From the NCBI GenBank assembly GCA_002633005.1, contig NMRA01000248.1, positions 241,026-305,025 on the forward strand: 64,000 bases of DNA, read 5' to 3'. Shown here piece by piece: positions 12,901-26,488 of the stretch (positions are counted from its first letter, which is position 1; the number at the start of each line of letters is the position of its first letter). The notes under the pieces are model-generated. The model saw nothing but the letters and a program-made list of their open reading frames with translations, was not told where the DNA came from and made no database searches. Source of the stretch: Phoronis australis. Lineage: Eukaryota; Animalia; Phoronida. The position numbers and the translations under genes were made by a program.

Positions 12901-14044
12901 AACTACAAAACTACTATAAATATGAAAATCAAGAGTGAATAACACTGATTTTTCATTAAACATCAGTTCTTACATCAGCACTTTGAATTTCATGCACATA
13001 AGTTCCACATTAGAAGTATTTTAACGCCGATACAAAAATTTTACCAATTTCTAAGTCTTGATTGAGACAATAATGTGAAATTAACATTTTTAATAGGGCA
13101 TTTTAAATTGACAGTTTTGATCATAACTTAAAAAGTATCAAAAACACAATAACACAGGGCATTGACATGCATCCACATCTTCACCATACACAAAGTGTTT
13201 TCTAGGGGTGTTAAGAGCAGTGCAAAATATATTGAATGCCACATTAGGGCGCCAAAGTTATCAGACTCCTTCAAATAAGAATATCGGCTACTGTCGTATG
13301 ATCCATTCAAAAAACTATGTCAACAAAGGCTTTCTTCGCATGGACACGTCAAAATATATAGAGATTGTTGGAACCATTTGGAAGACTGAGAGGCAGATGG
13401 AAAAAAATTAGATGCAAAAATTAACCATAGTCAGTTACCATCTTGATTGGAAAAGGATTACAACTTTTAGGAAGATCCTGCAAGCTACTGAGTACACAAG
13501 GCAGCTTCCCCCACAAAAAAATGGCCACAAGGGGATGGCAAAGTAGTTAGTTTTGTATGACGATTCAAGCCAGCTGTTGTCTTCCCAGTAGGAACACATG
13601 CTTATTTCCAGTTTCTTTTGGTCGGTAGTGTCAACACAGAAAATTCCCAGCACTTATTGGTCTACTATGTTCCTCAGTGCATGGCAAAAATTCTGGTTCT
13701 TGTTCTTCTTCTGTGTCTTGGCAAGTCCATGATTTTCTTCAGTGGTTACTCGTCAGCTATGTCACCTGGATCTGAAAATGGACAGTGATGAAAGTATATT
13801 TTAAGGAAACAAACCATTTGCCAAGTCTCTAATCTTTTTACTCGAAATGGACTTGAAATTATGTTTGGTATTTTCTACTCTACTTTTGTGCAAACTTAAG
13901 ATAAGTGTCTATTATTCTATGCTTGTATACATAATGACTTATTAAGCAGATAATTTATTAGTCCTAGTTTGCAGTTGATAAACCCAACATAAAGGCTAAA
14001 AGTTAGAGTTTGAACTCGAAATTTAGAGTTTTTACTCGAGTTTG
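9960..14044. repeat. ~1.85-kb inverted duplication (9960-11812 vs 12193-14044), probably a mis-oriented allelic contig
   Basis: The arms are reverse complements with scattered SNPs and indels. The left arm starts right after n9959 and the right arm right after n12192. Confidence 0.9.
11951..12191. repeat. Minisatellite of five ~34-bp palindromes with 17-bp linkers (period ~51)
   Basis: GTGGTCTATCC(TA)6GGGTAGACCAC-like units start at 11951, 12001, 12052, 12103 and 12154. Confidence 0.92.
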
Positions 14045-14377
14045 TAGCACATATATAAGGGTCTTCAAGAGCAATGAACCTGATATTTGACGTAGTTGAT
14101 ATTACATAACCTCGTCCGACTATTGGAGTTATCCTGAGTTTGCTCAAAAGCAACAGAGAAATTGCCATTAGAGACCAGGCAACATAGTAATTTACATGTC
14201 ATGTCAGCATAGGTCACAGTAATACAACATAGAAAAAAATATTCTATAAAATAATGATACAAACAACAGCAATGTGGAGCATTGACATGTGCCCACGATA
14301 GCACCGCAAATCGTAGGCTTTTAGAGGTGTTTATTAGTACTATAAAAATGGCCATTAGACAGCACAGAAAAAATTGA

Positions 14378-15516
14378 ACACATCCCAAAGTAGGAAAATG
14401 TCGCAGTCTCCCAAATTATATGAAAACTATACTGAGGTGGTGCAAAATACATCTATTCCATCCAAAATGGGTAAATAACTTCATCTCACTTACAGAGCCA
14501 ATCTACCAAATTTTATGAAAATTCGCTTGGGACCTTTGAAGGTACAGAAGTAAATGAACTAAAAGTGCCACTAGGGGGCACACCGGCAGTCGGATCCGTC
14601 TAAAACTTCACTCATGCCTTCCCATCTATCGCTGGACAAAAAGTGATGATGGCATAATGTGCCCACATATAAATGTGTGAGCGCATAAAATGTTTACATT
14701 TCATCGATTGTAGATTCTTGATGTTAGTAGCATAATAAACCTTGGCCAACTAGAAAACCACTACCACTTGAGCAATCAATGAAGAAACAGGTGTGCCTTA
14801 TGCTGCAAACACAATGGCCCATTGAATTCAGAGATTTCTTTGAACTGTCTAGTCATATCTGTTATCCCAAACTACACCTCAATTTTGTCACAAAATTATA
14901 CAGTTAGACGAACTTACCTTAAGTGAAGGATGACTGTAATTTTATGTATCCCCAGAATTCCCCCAGNAACACATCCCAAAGTGGGAAAATGTCGCAGTCT
15001 CCCAAATTATATGAAAACTATACCGAAAACAATAAAAATGGACATGAGACACTAGGTGGTGCAAAATACATTTAATCCATCCAAAATGGGTAAATAACTT
15101 CATCTCACTTACAGAGCCAATCTACCAAATTTTATGAAAATTCGCTTGGGACCTTTGAAGGTACAGAAGTAAATGAACTAAAAGTGCCACTAGGGGGCAC
15201 ACCGGCAGTCGGATCTGTCTAAAACTTCACTCATGCCTTCCCATCTATGAATGAAAACCTGCAAAATTTCAGGAATATACATCTGAGGATTTTGTAGAGC
15301 AACGTACGCTGGACAAAAAGTGATGATGGCATAATGTGCCCACATATAAATATGTGAGTGCATAAAATGTTTGCATTTCATCGATTGTAGATTCTTGATG
15401 TTAGTAGCATAATAAACCTTGGCCAACTAGAAAACCACTACCACTTGAGCAATCAATGAAGAAACAGGTGTGCCTTATGCTGCAAACACAATGGCCCATT
15501 GAATTCAGAGATTTCT
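14378..15516 (+). repeat. Duplicated block across n14967 containing a Helentron-type non-autonomous repeat end
   Basis: AACACATCCCAAAGT.GGAAAATGTCGCAG starts at ~14378 and at 14968. Both copies carry the hairpin ATGTGCCCACATATAAAT.TGTGAG.GCAT, related to the one at 22695. Confidence 0.7.
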
Positions 15517-15708
15517 NAGTCCGTGGAATGGTCCGCTTTGCGCATGTCCGTATCTCATGGTAGTACTCGGGGGAATTCTGGGAGGAATAAAATTGAACAT
15601 ATTCCATTTGCCTGAATGAATCATTATCTGGTGAATATTCCATGCAACATGATGTAGTGTAGTGTAGGAGTGATTAAAAATTTTAATTCAGTACATAGAT
15701 TAAATTGG

Positions 15709-16538
15709 GTTGTGGCACAAAATTTCACCAACAGCAAAGCCATCATGAAAGGCCATCTGTAGTAAACAACATGGACAATTCCGTTTGTAACCAATGTAAA
15801 TTCAGAGGACATCTTGATCCATTGTCAAAAACGCTTATCCTAGGATAACACTTTTGTATGGTCTCAATGGTAGCTTTCAGAGTTTTCTGCCAAAGAAAAT
15901 TGCCCTTACTGGACCGTGACACACATAAGGGAATATTAGGATTTTTAAAAATCTTTTTCAATACTGTTTTTCTGTAATAAGCTGTTTATTTGTGACTAAG
16001 ATAGGAATTCAGAATAAGTCAAACTTCAGTATTTAAACTTATTTGCTCATTTGGAAAAGATTCAAAACTAAATCAGTGCAATGAAACAGGTGTTTCTTTT
16101 TGATCAAAGTATAACGATTGACCTTNTGTGGCACAAAATTTCACCAACAGCAAAGCCATCATGAAAGGCCGTCTGTAGTAAACAACATGGACAATTCTGT
16201 TTGGAACCAATGTAAATTCAGAGGACATCTTGATCCATTGTCAAAAACGCTTATCCTAGGAAAACACTTTTGTATGGTCTCAATGGTAGCTTTCAGAGTT
16301 TTCTGCCTAAGAAAATTGCCCTTACTGGACCGTGACAGACATAAGGGAATATCAGGATTTTTAAAAATCTTTTTCAATATTGTTTTTCTGTAATAAGCTG
16401 TTTTTGTGACTAAGATAGGAATTCAGAATAAGTCAAACTTCAGTATTTAAACTTATTTGCTCTTTTGGAAAAGATTCAAAACTAAATCAGTGCAATGAAA
16501 CAGGTGTTTCATTTTATCAAAGTATAACGATTGACCTT
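15709..16538 (+). repeat. ~415-bp direct duplication across n16126 (likely uncollapsed alleles)
   Basis: TGTGGCACAAAATTTCACCAAC...GATTGACCTT occurs on both sides of the n with a few SNPs. Confidence 0.85.
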
Positions 16539-17659
16539 TTGCATGAAATTATTACTTCAGGTAAGCCTTGGTATGCTTGGTATGTGCACTAGGATGTAAA
16601 CTTTCAACATAATTGACCAATGCAAAAACAACCCGTCATACGATCCTCATTTCTCTTCAAAGACCATAAACTAGAATTCATATAAGAATGAGGGTCATTT
16701 TGTATATGATACCTGTTGGCATTTAGAAAAATTGTTATTCAAGAAAAGTAGGACTAAAATTTTTTAAAGAGTAAATGTGCTAGGCTTGCTCAAGTCACTC
16801 GATACTGGCAAATTCTGAGCGGCACTGGCAATGGTAGAAATAAGTTCATTCCCAACTTGGCGAATGCTTTCACTACTTGACAATAAAAAACAATTTCAGG
16901 AAACCTACTCGCGTGTCAACTCAGTCAGCTCAAATCAAGTCGCACTGCAAAGCAAACGACATTCATATTTCGATTCAGAGTCATAAAAATAGCAAGCAAA
17001 TGTTCCATTTTATGTCCGTCACTACTCCTGAAATCACACTTTTACAAGACAAAATGTTCATCTTGGTAGCAGAGGAGAGGAAGATCAGCGCTCTTGGTAA
17101 TGGCAATTTCTCGCTTTACAGCGAGCTCACACTTGTCGTCTGCATGTGACATGAAATATGAATCAAGCTTTAAATTTATTATTTTAAATTACACACGAGT
17201 GTTTCCTAATTCATTACAAACTTTACCAAATTTCAGTGCACACTTTGTCATGTCAAATATTGTTTGAGAATTGACAAGGAGTAAATGGCATAGATGATGC
17301 CGAGAAGAACAAGTTTGTTATCTATTTTTAAATCAAAATAGGTCACGTTACACCTAGTCAGCTCCCTAAATATCGTAAGTGTAAAAGAGCCCTCGATTAT
17401 CTGATAGGAAAGGTGCCTGTGCCTTCCGAGAGAATTTTATGGGGGAATGGGGACGATATTCGGCCCCAAAATCAAGGGATTGACGGACCTGAAAGTTAAT
17501 GAGAGACTGGGACACGTTTGCATTTCAGCGGTGGCCGAAAGCAAGGTAAAGTGAATGTCAGTTTGTTGCTTAATGAGTTTTATATTCACTGCTCTGCACG
17601 ATTCAGCTTTTATTTTGCACATCACAAGTTATGTCTGGACCAAAATGTTTTGCTCATCA

Positions 17660-17940
17660 AAATGCCCACGTGGGCTGGCGTACACTTTACCCCTGCCGTA
17701 ACCAAGGGAAAAGGGGGAATCCTTGAACAATTTTTTAGGTCAACATCATTTAAATGTCCTTGTGGCCGACCTTCCAACGCTATAATCCGGGGATAGGGGG
17801 GACTCCTGCCCAATTATTTTTAAGGTCAACATCATTTAAATGCCCATGTGGCCGGCGTACACACACAGCAACTCGGGTATAGGGAGAACCTTGCGCAAGC
17901 TTTTTAGGTCATAACGAAACCCATGTTGGCCGACATCGTC
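17660..17940. repeat. Degenerate ~80-92-bp minisatellite (3-4 copies)
   Basis: Recurring TTTT(T/A)AGGTCAACATCATTTAAATG.CC.TGTGGCCG motif. Confidence 0.65.
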
Positions 17941-20533
17941 TCCAACTTATTAGGTTGCAATGACAGATTTTGCCACTCAGTTGCTGTTCCACATGTCGCT
18001 TATCAACTGCTGCCGAACCCGCAAAAAATGTTAGAAGGGAGTGAACTTTTAACACAGATATTCCACGTTATGTCTAGGGGAAGAAGCCGAGAATGTGAAA
18101 ATGAATTTTATTTTTTTTTTCTGCTACTTTGTAAATTCTTGTCATTTTTTAATGACAATTTGATTTGACTTGTTTGGTATACAATACTTTCAACTGCACT
18201 TGCCATCTGGTTACAAACACTGAACTTCCACACGCCCATTCCTCAGTTACCTATTGGCGGGCAGTTGCTGGTCACAGCCCTACCATTTCACAGGATTTTT
18301 ACACTAATCATGCACCAGTCAAAAAGGAGTTGATGCTGTGAAGACTATACTGAAAAGGTTGGAAAGAAGGCAAACCTTACTTAAAAATGTTATAGTGCAC
18401 ATGACAAACTTCTTTATGATCCATTGGTCATTGCCACAAAGCGCCACTTGTTCCCAATATGAATATGGATGCTCATGCCTGCAAAAAATAAAACTGTTGT
18501 TATAGTAACCGTATACCAGGTTTAAAGCATTCCCACCAAAAAGTTTTTAGCTTTAGCAACTAAATATGTAAAGGTTACCATTAAATCTAAATAAATAAAC
18601 CTTCACATAGACATTTACAAGACTTAAACACTCTATTGCAATGACCGCACACATCAGGTTAGAAAATGAAAACAGTATTTAACAACTGCATGAAGAAAGG
18701 AAAGAGGATACAAGGAGAGCATTCAAGTATTTTCCTTTTGAGCAAGTAATGTCCTGTTGGGAACGCTTTAGATGTTATTGGCATTCAAAAGACTAGGAGT
18801 ACAACTAGTAGAGTCAGAGCTCAACAATAACGTTCGAGCAAATCACAATCAAGGTCGACATTCGGTGGCCACTTTTGGTGAAAAACGAAGCATGTCATAA
18901 ACTATAAAAGTCAGGCTATTTTAAAGTACCATCATTCCAGGTTTGTAATCTAAAATACTTTTGCACATGACCAACCAAATAAAATTTTATGGCCTGATGC
19001 ATCACAGTTGTATAAAAGGATACATACACTACAACTTGTGCTGGATTTAAGGGGCCCCCCTAAAATTCTCCTAGATTCCAATTGGCAGTAAGGGGGTACC
19101 AATGTCTGACGAGCAAAATCCTGGATTATACTGTTGTGTGTTGAGAGATAGAGCACCTGCCCCTGCAACATCAGTAGCCACATGATGTGTCTTCTAGGAT
19201 GTTACCGGCCAAGTCCTGTGTGGAATTCTATTGCCCACAAATTTGATAATGTACATAGCATCTTTGTCTGACTGGACGCATTTTGGAAATATCAATAATG
19301 TTCATGAGAACAGCCGGTAAGTAAAAATACTTGTGGGCAATATTTTATAGCACAAAGGTTGAAGGTACGTACACTACACAGAAGTACGTACACGGTACAC
19401 TACATTTCAGTGACATGCCAGGCTTATAAAAATTTCTTAGAATTTAACGAGTTAGTTCAGTTACCAAATCTTTTCAAAGAGAACAAATAAAAAGTACAGC
19501 ATACATGTTATTTGTTTATATCAGTCTGTCATTCTTTGAAAATAGGCAAATGTTAAAATATAGTGGTACGAACACTACACAAAAGCTAACATTTCACTCA
19601 AAACAAATGTATTTGTAATAAACACCCTTTTAACCTAATATTTTTAAGGGAGGAAACTGTCTGTGACAAGTGAAGCTTACTTACAGTATATTTTTGTTTC
19701 ATGACATTTGTTAACGTTGGGGAACGTACACATAGGGGCAAATGCATTAAATTTCAATGACACGTCAGGTAACATACCGGTAATGTTGTAGGGCCATTCA
19801 TTTTTCTTTGATGATAATAAGCACTATGTTGTTATTTAAAAGGCAATAATTTCATTTGCAATCACCATTTGTGTTACTGAATTTCAATTGGGTACATGCA
19901 CTACATTTTCTTAGTTGGCCTTTTTGGTCCTTTTTCAACATAGCAAAACCCAAACTTTTGGTTGGTCAGCATATTGAATAATTTGCTGTAATTAAACAGA
20001 GTGTGAACTTTACTTTTTCACCTTTTTTACGGTAGATGAGGGTTAGAAACACAGAATTTACAAATTTCGTAACAAGTTCCTGTTTTAGGATGAACCCTAC
20101 CATTTCTCAATGACTGACCACAACTTCATCTAAGTGATTTTGAAAGTGACTCGAGTTGTTCCTAGTCATATCAAAACCATTGTTAACTTAACAAAATAAA
20201 TTTTTCTACTCCTGACAGTTGAAAATTGGAATTTTCAAAATGGCAACCGTAAAGCTAAAAATGCTTCTTTAAATGTCCTTTTTTTGCACATATTTAAAGA
20301 GTTTATGACAGGCTAAAAGTGTTAAGAAATTTTAATTTGCGCAAATAACCTTTTGTGCTTATGAGATTCAGTTGGCATTCAGCAAGTGACAAAAAATTAT
20401 TTTAGCAAGTAACCAGTCAACTTTCAAATATGGACCTTGATTATGATTTACCCGCCCATGTGGAAATTGTAGAATGACAATCATGTTTAACAAGACCAGT
20501 GTATGTGATGAGTTTTACCAAAACCGTTAACAC

Positions 20534-21002
20534 CTTGGTACAACCAGTGGGTGTGGAGTAACCACAGCCAGGATGTGGGTAGCCTGTTGCAGGTATATCA
20601 ATCGCCGTACTAACACTCAGGAAATGTGAGCAACTTGATAGACAACAAATTACATCTGAAACAAGAAATGACACCAAGTAGAAATTACTTAAAAAAAAAC
20701 ACAACAGCCAAATCTTAACAACCAGAACCCTGAGATCTCAATAGGGCTGACCTGGACACAGTGATAGNCCTTGGTACAACCAGTGGGTGTGGAGTAACCA
20801 CAGCCAGGATGTGGGTAGCCTGTTGCAGGTATATCAATCGCCGTAATAACACTCAGGAAATGTGAGCAACTTGATAGACGACAAATTACATCTGAAACAA
20901 GAAATGACACCAAGTAGAAATTACTTAAAAAAAACACAACAGCCAAATCTTAACAACCAGAACCCTGAGATCTCAATAGGGCTGACCTGGACACAGTGAT
21001 AG
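20534..21002 (+). repeat. ~235-bp direct duplication across n20768
   Basis: CCTTGGTACAACCAGTGGG...GGACACAGTGATAG occurs on both sides of the n. Confidence 0.85.
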
Positions 21003-21016
21003 AACTCTCCTCTGTT

Positions 21017-22567
21017 GGTGCATTCCACGGTATTGGTTTTGTTACAGATGCGACATTCAGACACTTTAAATTCCAATGAAATTAGTGAAGCATAACAGTT
21101 GTAAGAAATTCTAAGTACACATTACCCACTTGATGGAAGCACTTCAAGTATCAAAAGTTTCTAATTCTGCACATCATCAGTGTACTAAAATTTACTTTTA
21201 ATTAGTGTTACAGATGTGACCGAAAATGCCATGGTCAACATGCTAATGGTGGTTTGTCTAAAAACTTTGTGAACTTCTGTCTTTCATATTATAGAACTAG
21301 TTTCCCTATAGATAATTTAACTATTTATTTGGCTATAACACGAAGAAAAGATTTTTGAACTAAAATCAAGTCTTTGCATAATTATGAGCAATTTAAAAAA
21401 CATGTGCGTTACAGATGTGACTGTTACAGATGTGACTATTTGGCACTTGCACCATACAGAGATGTAGAATGCAATTTTAATGAAAACAAAGCTTAAAGAA
21501 AATCCCATTAAGTGCATGTAAGGGGTGTGGGCAAACCATTTTAGTGTTTTTGATAGATGGAGTTTTAAAATTTACTTTGTTTGTTGTGCACCTGTTTTGA
21601 GCTTCATTACGAAATTGTGGTCACTGAGAGAAAAATACAAAACCTATACCAAGTAAGTCCTTAAACCACCTTGAAAAAGTTGAGTTTAGTAACAGGAGCA
21701 AATCAGGTACAACTAACTAAGGTCAACAAAAACACTCATACACGTAACATTACAAAGTGATGTGTAATGCTGACCTGACGTACTGATCTTAAGTTCGTTT
21801 AGGCTGTGACAGTTGCTTATCCTTGCAAATTATTCTGAGCAGTGATCGATATGCAGAGCAGCGAGTTTTTCGAATATTTGGTCCAAGTCAATCCATGTGG
21901 TGTAGTCTTGTGCTGGTAAACTGAATTCAGTCTTGTTACTATCTGTTGCTCTCATGACACTGACTTCGATACTATCTCTTTCAACCATCATGGTTTGTGC
22001 AACGTATGAGCTCCTAGGACGCAGTTGTTCCATTGACATTATAATCCTAGTGTAAAACAATTTATCCCGGAGTCAAAACAGCTAACCAGCCCAAAAAAAC
22101 ACAAACCTAGACTTTTAAAACACGAACCCCAGTGATCGAACAGGGAACCTAGGCAATTTTTCAAATTTTCTAATTTAACGTCGATAGCCTCAAACTGAGC
22201 ATTTTCAAGTATTTTCCATTTGTTTTCTGCATTTGTTAAAGATTAACAACAATAAAACATAACTTATGTTATACTGACTTGTTGCTTGAAACTCGTACAA
22301 TTTGTGGTCACGAAATTTACTGTTCTTGTCCTGAAAAAGAGTACTTCAACTCCTCAATCTTCCCTAAATTTGTAATCGGAATTTCTGAACTCAACGCATT
22401 CACGTCAAGCTTTTTTGGTACATCATTCCTCTGAATTCTGTGACCGTTGTGATCCACCACACAAGCACATGCCATCTTTCATTGCTCACCCTGTCTAGTA
22501 CACTGTACACGTCCGCGATTTAATTATCAACACTTGTATTGCTAGAGATCGGTCATAAGTCGTCTAA
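21017..22567 (-). mobile_element. Left part of a TIR DNA transposon (Sola-like, degenerate), cut by n22568
   Basis: Terminus GGTGCATTCCACGGTATT, subterminal GTTACAGATGTGAC repeats, and a decayed minus-strand transposase-like C-terminus (IEVSVMR...F.LPAQDYTTWID...I). Collinear with 28318-29780. The family call is tentative. Confidence 0.7.
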
Positions 22568-22568
22568 N

Positions 22569-22730
22569 TGCCGTCCCATTCATGAATGGAACATATGTGC
22601 CAAATTTCATGAACGTATGTCAAAGGGTTTTGGAGATAGAGCAGCGGACGCCGGACGCCAGACGCCGCTCGCACGGCACAGAGATGACGGCATAATGCGC
22701 CCACATATAAATATGTGGGCGCATAAAAAT
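22569..22730 (+). mobile_element. 3' end of a Helentron-associated (HINE/DINE-1-like) non-autonomous element
   Basis: AAATTTCATGAA...GGAGATAGAG, then GGACGCC short repeats, then the stem-loop ATGCGCCCACATAT-AA-ATATGTGGGCGCAT (22695-22724) and an A-run. Confidence 0.55.
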
Positions 22731-22782
22731 CTTAGCTTTCTCCTTCAAAAAGAACTTACAACAAAACTATGATTGTACATAC

Positions 22783-22855
22783 CATCTGTAGCATCCGCTG
22801 TCATTCGTAAAACGTTTTCATCCAAACTCAGGAAACGGTGCACATGGGCTGCAGC
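22783..22855 (-). CDS. COG4: COG4 internal exon (AAAHVHRFLSLDENVLRMTADATD)
   Basis: Resembles vertebrate COG4 AAAHIHRYLCLDKSV. TTTAG acceptor and GTATGT donor. In frame with the exon at 23537-23638. Confidence 0.9.
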
Positions 22856-23536
22856 CTAAATGGGAAAGTTGTGCAAAGTGAATCAGCGTACATTTTTGTC
22901 AAAAGCCGTACACCAGGTCGCAGCCAAGACCATTGAGATTGGTGAATGCGATGCTCTATCTATAGACACAATTGAAACACTGAAACTACCATCAATTCTA
23001 CCTTCACACGTACTCAGACACAATAGCTTCACAAACCACTTTTAATGAACTGTGTGTCTGTAAATATTGCGGTTATTAACGTTTTAGCTACCAATGGGTG
23101 TACGATCTTTGATTAAGTAGGTCACTGGGGTTCATTTCACTCTAGTTAAGACCACAAAGGATGACTATAGCTTTGGCAAGGACGTAATGATTCGGTAGAG
23201 TTTGTTGAACAGGGTTGCATAGTGCTTGGTCTCAACTTGACGATCATATGTGATAACTTGCAGTGATGATACAACAACTATCCAATTACCATTTTCAACC
23301 ACACATCAATAAATAAATATCATCAAAACCTTAGAAATCATTTTCATGATGCACACAAAAATCATCGTCAAATAGACAATATATGATTTGTATGCCAGTT
23401 TCTTAAGAAAAACAAATTCAATGATGAAACATAACCTGTGAATTGCAAAAATTATCTCTTAAAGCAAAATTCAAAAAACCCTGTTGTCACAAGCACAATT
23501 CCTGTCATTTCTCNCAACAGGACAATGTGTGTTTAC

Positions 23537-23638
23537 CTGTTCATAATCTTCATTCTGCAGTGCACTCTGAACACCATCAGTGCAGAACTTGAGATCTAAA
23601 ATGTCTTCCACTCTCTGCATACACGAAGTCACACGACT
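23537..23638 (-). CDS. COG4: COG4 internal exon ([34 protein letters not shown])
   Basis: Matches the conserved COG4 motif [25 protein letters not shown] acceptor, GTAAAC donor, 102 nt, phase 0-0. Confidence 0.93.
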
Positions 23639-23920
23639 CTGCAGCGAATAGAAACAAGCCACAACTTTAAAGCTGCTGGTTCCTTCAAAGAAACTAACAT
23701 TTCATTTCGACATTTACCCCTATAAAATTACGTCAATTTATACCCAACTCAGATGAGACATGGTTTTGGGGCTTGGAAAAAAGCAATTCATTATTATTTG
23801 GGATCATGCTCATAAAATGACTCGTCGTGACAAGCTTAAGTGTAAAAGCCTAGTTTTAAGCCATGACAAACTCATCGCCATTTATTTTGCACACGACAAA
23901 CTGTCAGTAAATGAATCTTA

Positions 23921-25303
23921 CCGTATTCGCCGTAATAACCGCCCAGGGCGCTTAGAAAAGTTCGGTTCAAGGGGGGCGCTTATTATAACCCAAGGCGGTT
24001 GAAACCCGGTCTCCGAAACGGGTGAAATTGGAAGCTAAGATTCATCAAATTTACATTCTCTTACGTATCTGTAATCTATGAAAGACTTCCAACAAAACTG
24101 TGGTGCATTGCTATCAAACTTTGCTGCTAAATAACGATCATTTTACAGAAAATCGTGCTGAAATCCCAGGGCGAAAACTCGCCGACTGACTGCCTCAAAA
24201 TCGCCGTCTTCGATATAGCGACTTCAATGCTTGAATAAAAATAGTTTCGACTCAAGCAAATTACCTGAAATCCTCAATAAGTTTTCTAAGTAGCGTCCCT
24301 ATGACTTTTCAGTTCCCGTGAAGTTTGGATTTACGGCAGTTTTAAGTACAAATCTGCGCAACATCATGCCATCTACATGTATGATCGGCAACATGGCGAG
24401 AAAATGTCTGGACGAACACACATGTTGTTGTCACGTGACGTTTGTTTTGAAGTTCGTCTGCGAGTAAGCGAGCGCGTGCGTGTAACCAGAGTTCATTTGC
24501 CAAAGCAGAGACCGTCTTTTAGCCAGAGCCACGCAATCTAACGAGCTAGATGTGCATTGTGTCTAAAGAAATTTGCACAAGCAGTAGGCCTAAACCAGTG
24601 CGTGTTTCATTCAGCACTTGCAGGTCTCGTGCTAAAAACGTTCGACATTTGTTTCGGTAAGGCCCATATTAGTCGCCGTGTAGCTGGATGCCTACGTAAC
24701 TGTCTGACAGTTATTTTTCGGTGTAAGGGTGTGTAAGCATTCGCTGTCAGTTGTCATTTTATTGGATATTCGGCTTAAAAACACCAATTATGGTTAATCA
24801 AACAATCCATATAAAAAATAGCGCAAACATGTTTTATAGTATTAGAAATTGTCGGAAATTAGGGCCAATATTCATTTCTTACCGATGCTATGCTACCCAT
24901 TTCATGAATGGATAGTTCCCGACTAATGTCTTTGATGACAGCTAGGTTCATATATGTAGCGCGCGCTTTCTGGCCNNNNNNACCGAGTTATTTTTATTCA
25001 TGAGACAGTCGATGTGTACTGTAAGGTCAGACCATAGTGGGACACGGTCGTCGCGAAGGTAGCAACGCTGTTGCGTTCTTTTTGAAGCGCTGTGTTACTT
25101 TGAAGTGTATAGTCACGGCTAATATACAAACGTAGCAGTGCCGCTGGTGGTCTGGAAGACCTTTTTTGATAAATTGAAGACGTTACTGTAGCCAAGTTTT
25201 AGGACTGAAGGTACGTCATGGACTGGGCGCTTATTCCAGCAAAGTCTGCAAACGCGTGGGGGGGCGCTTATAGGGGCATGGGCGGTTATTACGGCGAATA
25301 CGG
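23921..25303. mobile_element. Full-length non-autonomous Tc2/pogo-like DNA transposon with TA target duplication
   Basis: TIR CCGTATTCGCCGTAATAACCGCCC pairs with GGGCGGTTATTACGGCGAATACGG, with TA on both sides. CCGTA termini are typical of the Tc2 group. Confidence 0.9.
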
Positions 25304-25714
25304 TATATCATATCTTTAACCGATAGGCTGGGACTGGACCTTTTGTGCGGGCCTGCAAGAGCAGACATTCATGAGTAGTTTATTAAATAAATCGTTAATT
25401 GGTCACTAATTAGTAAGAGTCTTAATTAATGACAAGGATTTTTATGTTTCAACGTAGAAAATAAATCTGAAACTAAATAAGGCAATCCAGATCCTCTCAA
25501 GGATACTATTGTTTCACGAAATGTAGAATATAAATAGGCAAATAAAACAACAAGAATGGATCAACTGAAATTTTCGAATGTAATAACGTCCTTTGTCAAC
25601 AGAAACAGAAATAAAGTAAAATCAAACACTACATGACAATTGACATTTAAGATATGGTGTAATGAATATGATACAGTTTTGCGTAAAAAATTCAATGATA
25701 TAATTTAAGAAGTT

Positions 25715-25804
25715 TTTATGTTCAATACATGAGGTTCTAGTGTATTGAGCTTGTCTATCCAATATTGTTCTAAATACACTAGAACCTTATGGATTGAACA
25801 TAAA
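25715..25804. repeat. 90-bp hairpin (32-bp arms)
   Basis: TTTATGTTCAATACATGAGGTTCTAGTGTATT pairs with AATACACTAGAACCTTATGGATTGAACATAAA, with two non-Watson-Crick positions. Confidence 0.85.
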
Positions 25805-26488
25805 TTTTTGGATTTTTGGGACTTAAGATGCCACTTTCCTTCAATGGTTGGTGACTTATAATAAAATTACAGTCTTTTCGATAGCATCGCTTGTGCAGGA
25901 GGAAGCCCTCCGTGTGCTTTTCCTGATAATCTAAAACGAATACTCAATACTCCAAAAACATAACTTTGACGGAAAATTTAGAACAATAAGAAAAAAAAAT
26001 AGGAAATATTAGGAATTTCAGAAAAAGTAGGAAAAGTAGGAACAGGCCAAAAGAGAAAGAAAAATTATGAACGCTTGAAAGCCTGTATTATAGCATGTTC
26101 CGCTGCCTCAGCATAATAGGTGATGATGATGAGACAACAATGGCCATACTTCATATGAAGATGAAGAATTAATAAGTAATAAAAATAATTCTTCAAGACC
26201 AAAACTAGCATTGCACATACATTTTACACCAAGCAGATAGTTAAATTTTGTCTTGCCAAATCTTTGAAAAGCTACAAAATATTCATAACTGTTGGTTACC
26301 CATAAAACTGAAAATAACAAGCCAAAACTAGGGTAAAATTTATAAATTACACAGAAAAAAATCCCTAGCACTGTTCGAAACAAATACATAAACAACTGAT
26401 AAGCATTGACAAATAGAAGTAACACGAACAAGAACATGAACCTCATGCCCCCCAAGGTCGCGCCTCACGTCGCGTCGCACACGACTAG

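Noticed and set aside
18381-18478. Next COG4 exon
   Set aside because: The required phase hits a stop and no frame resembles COG4.
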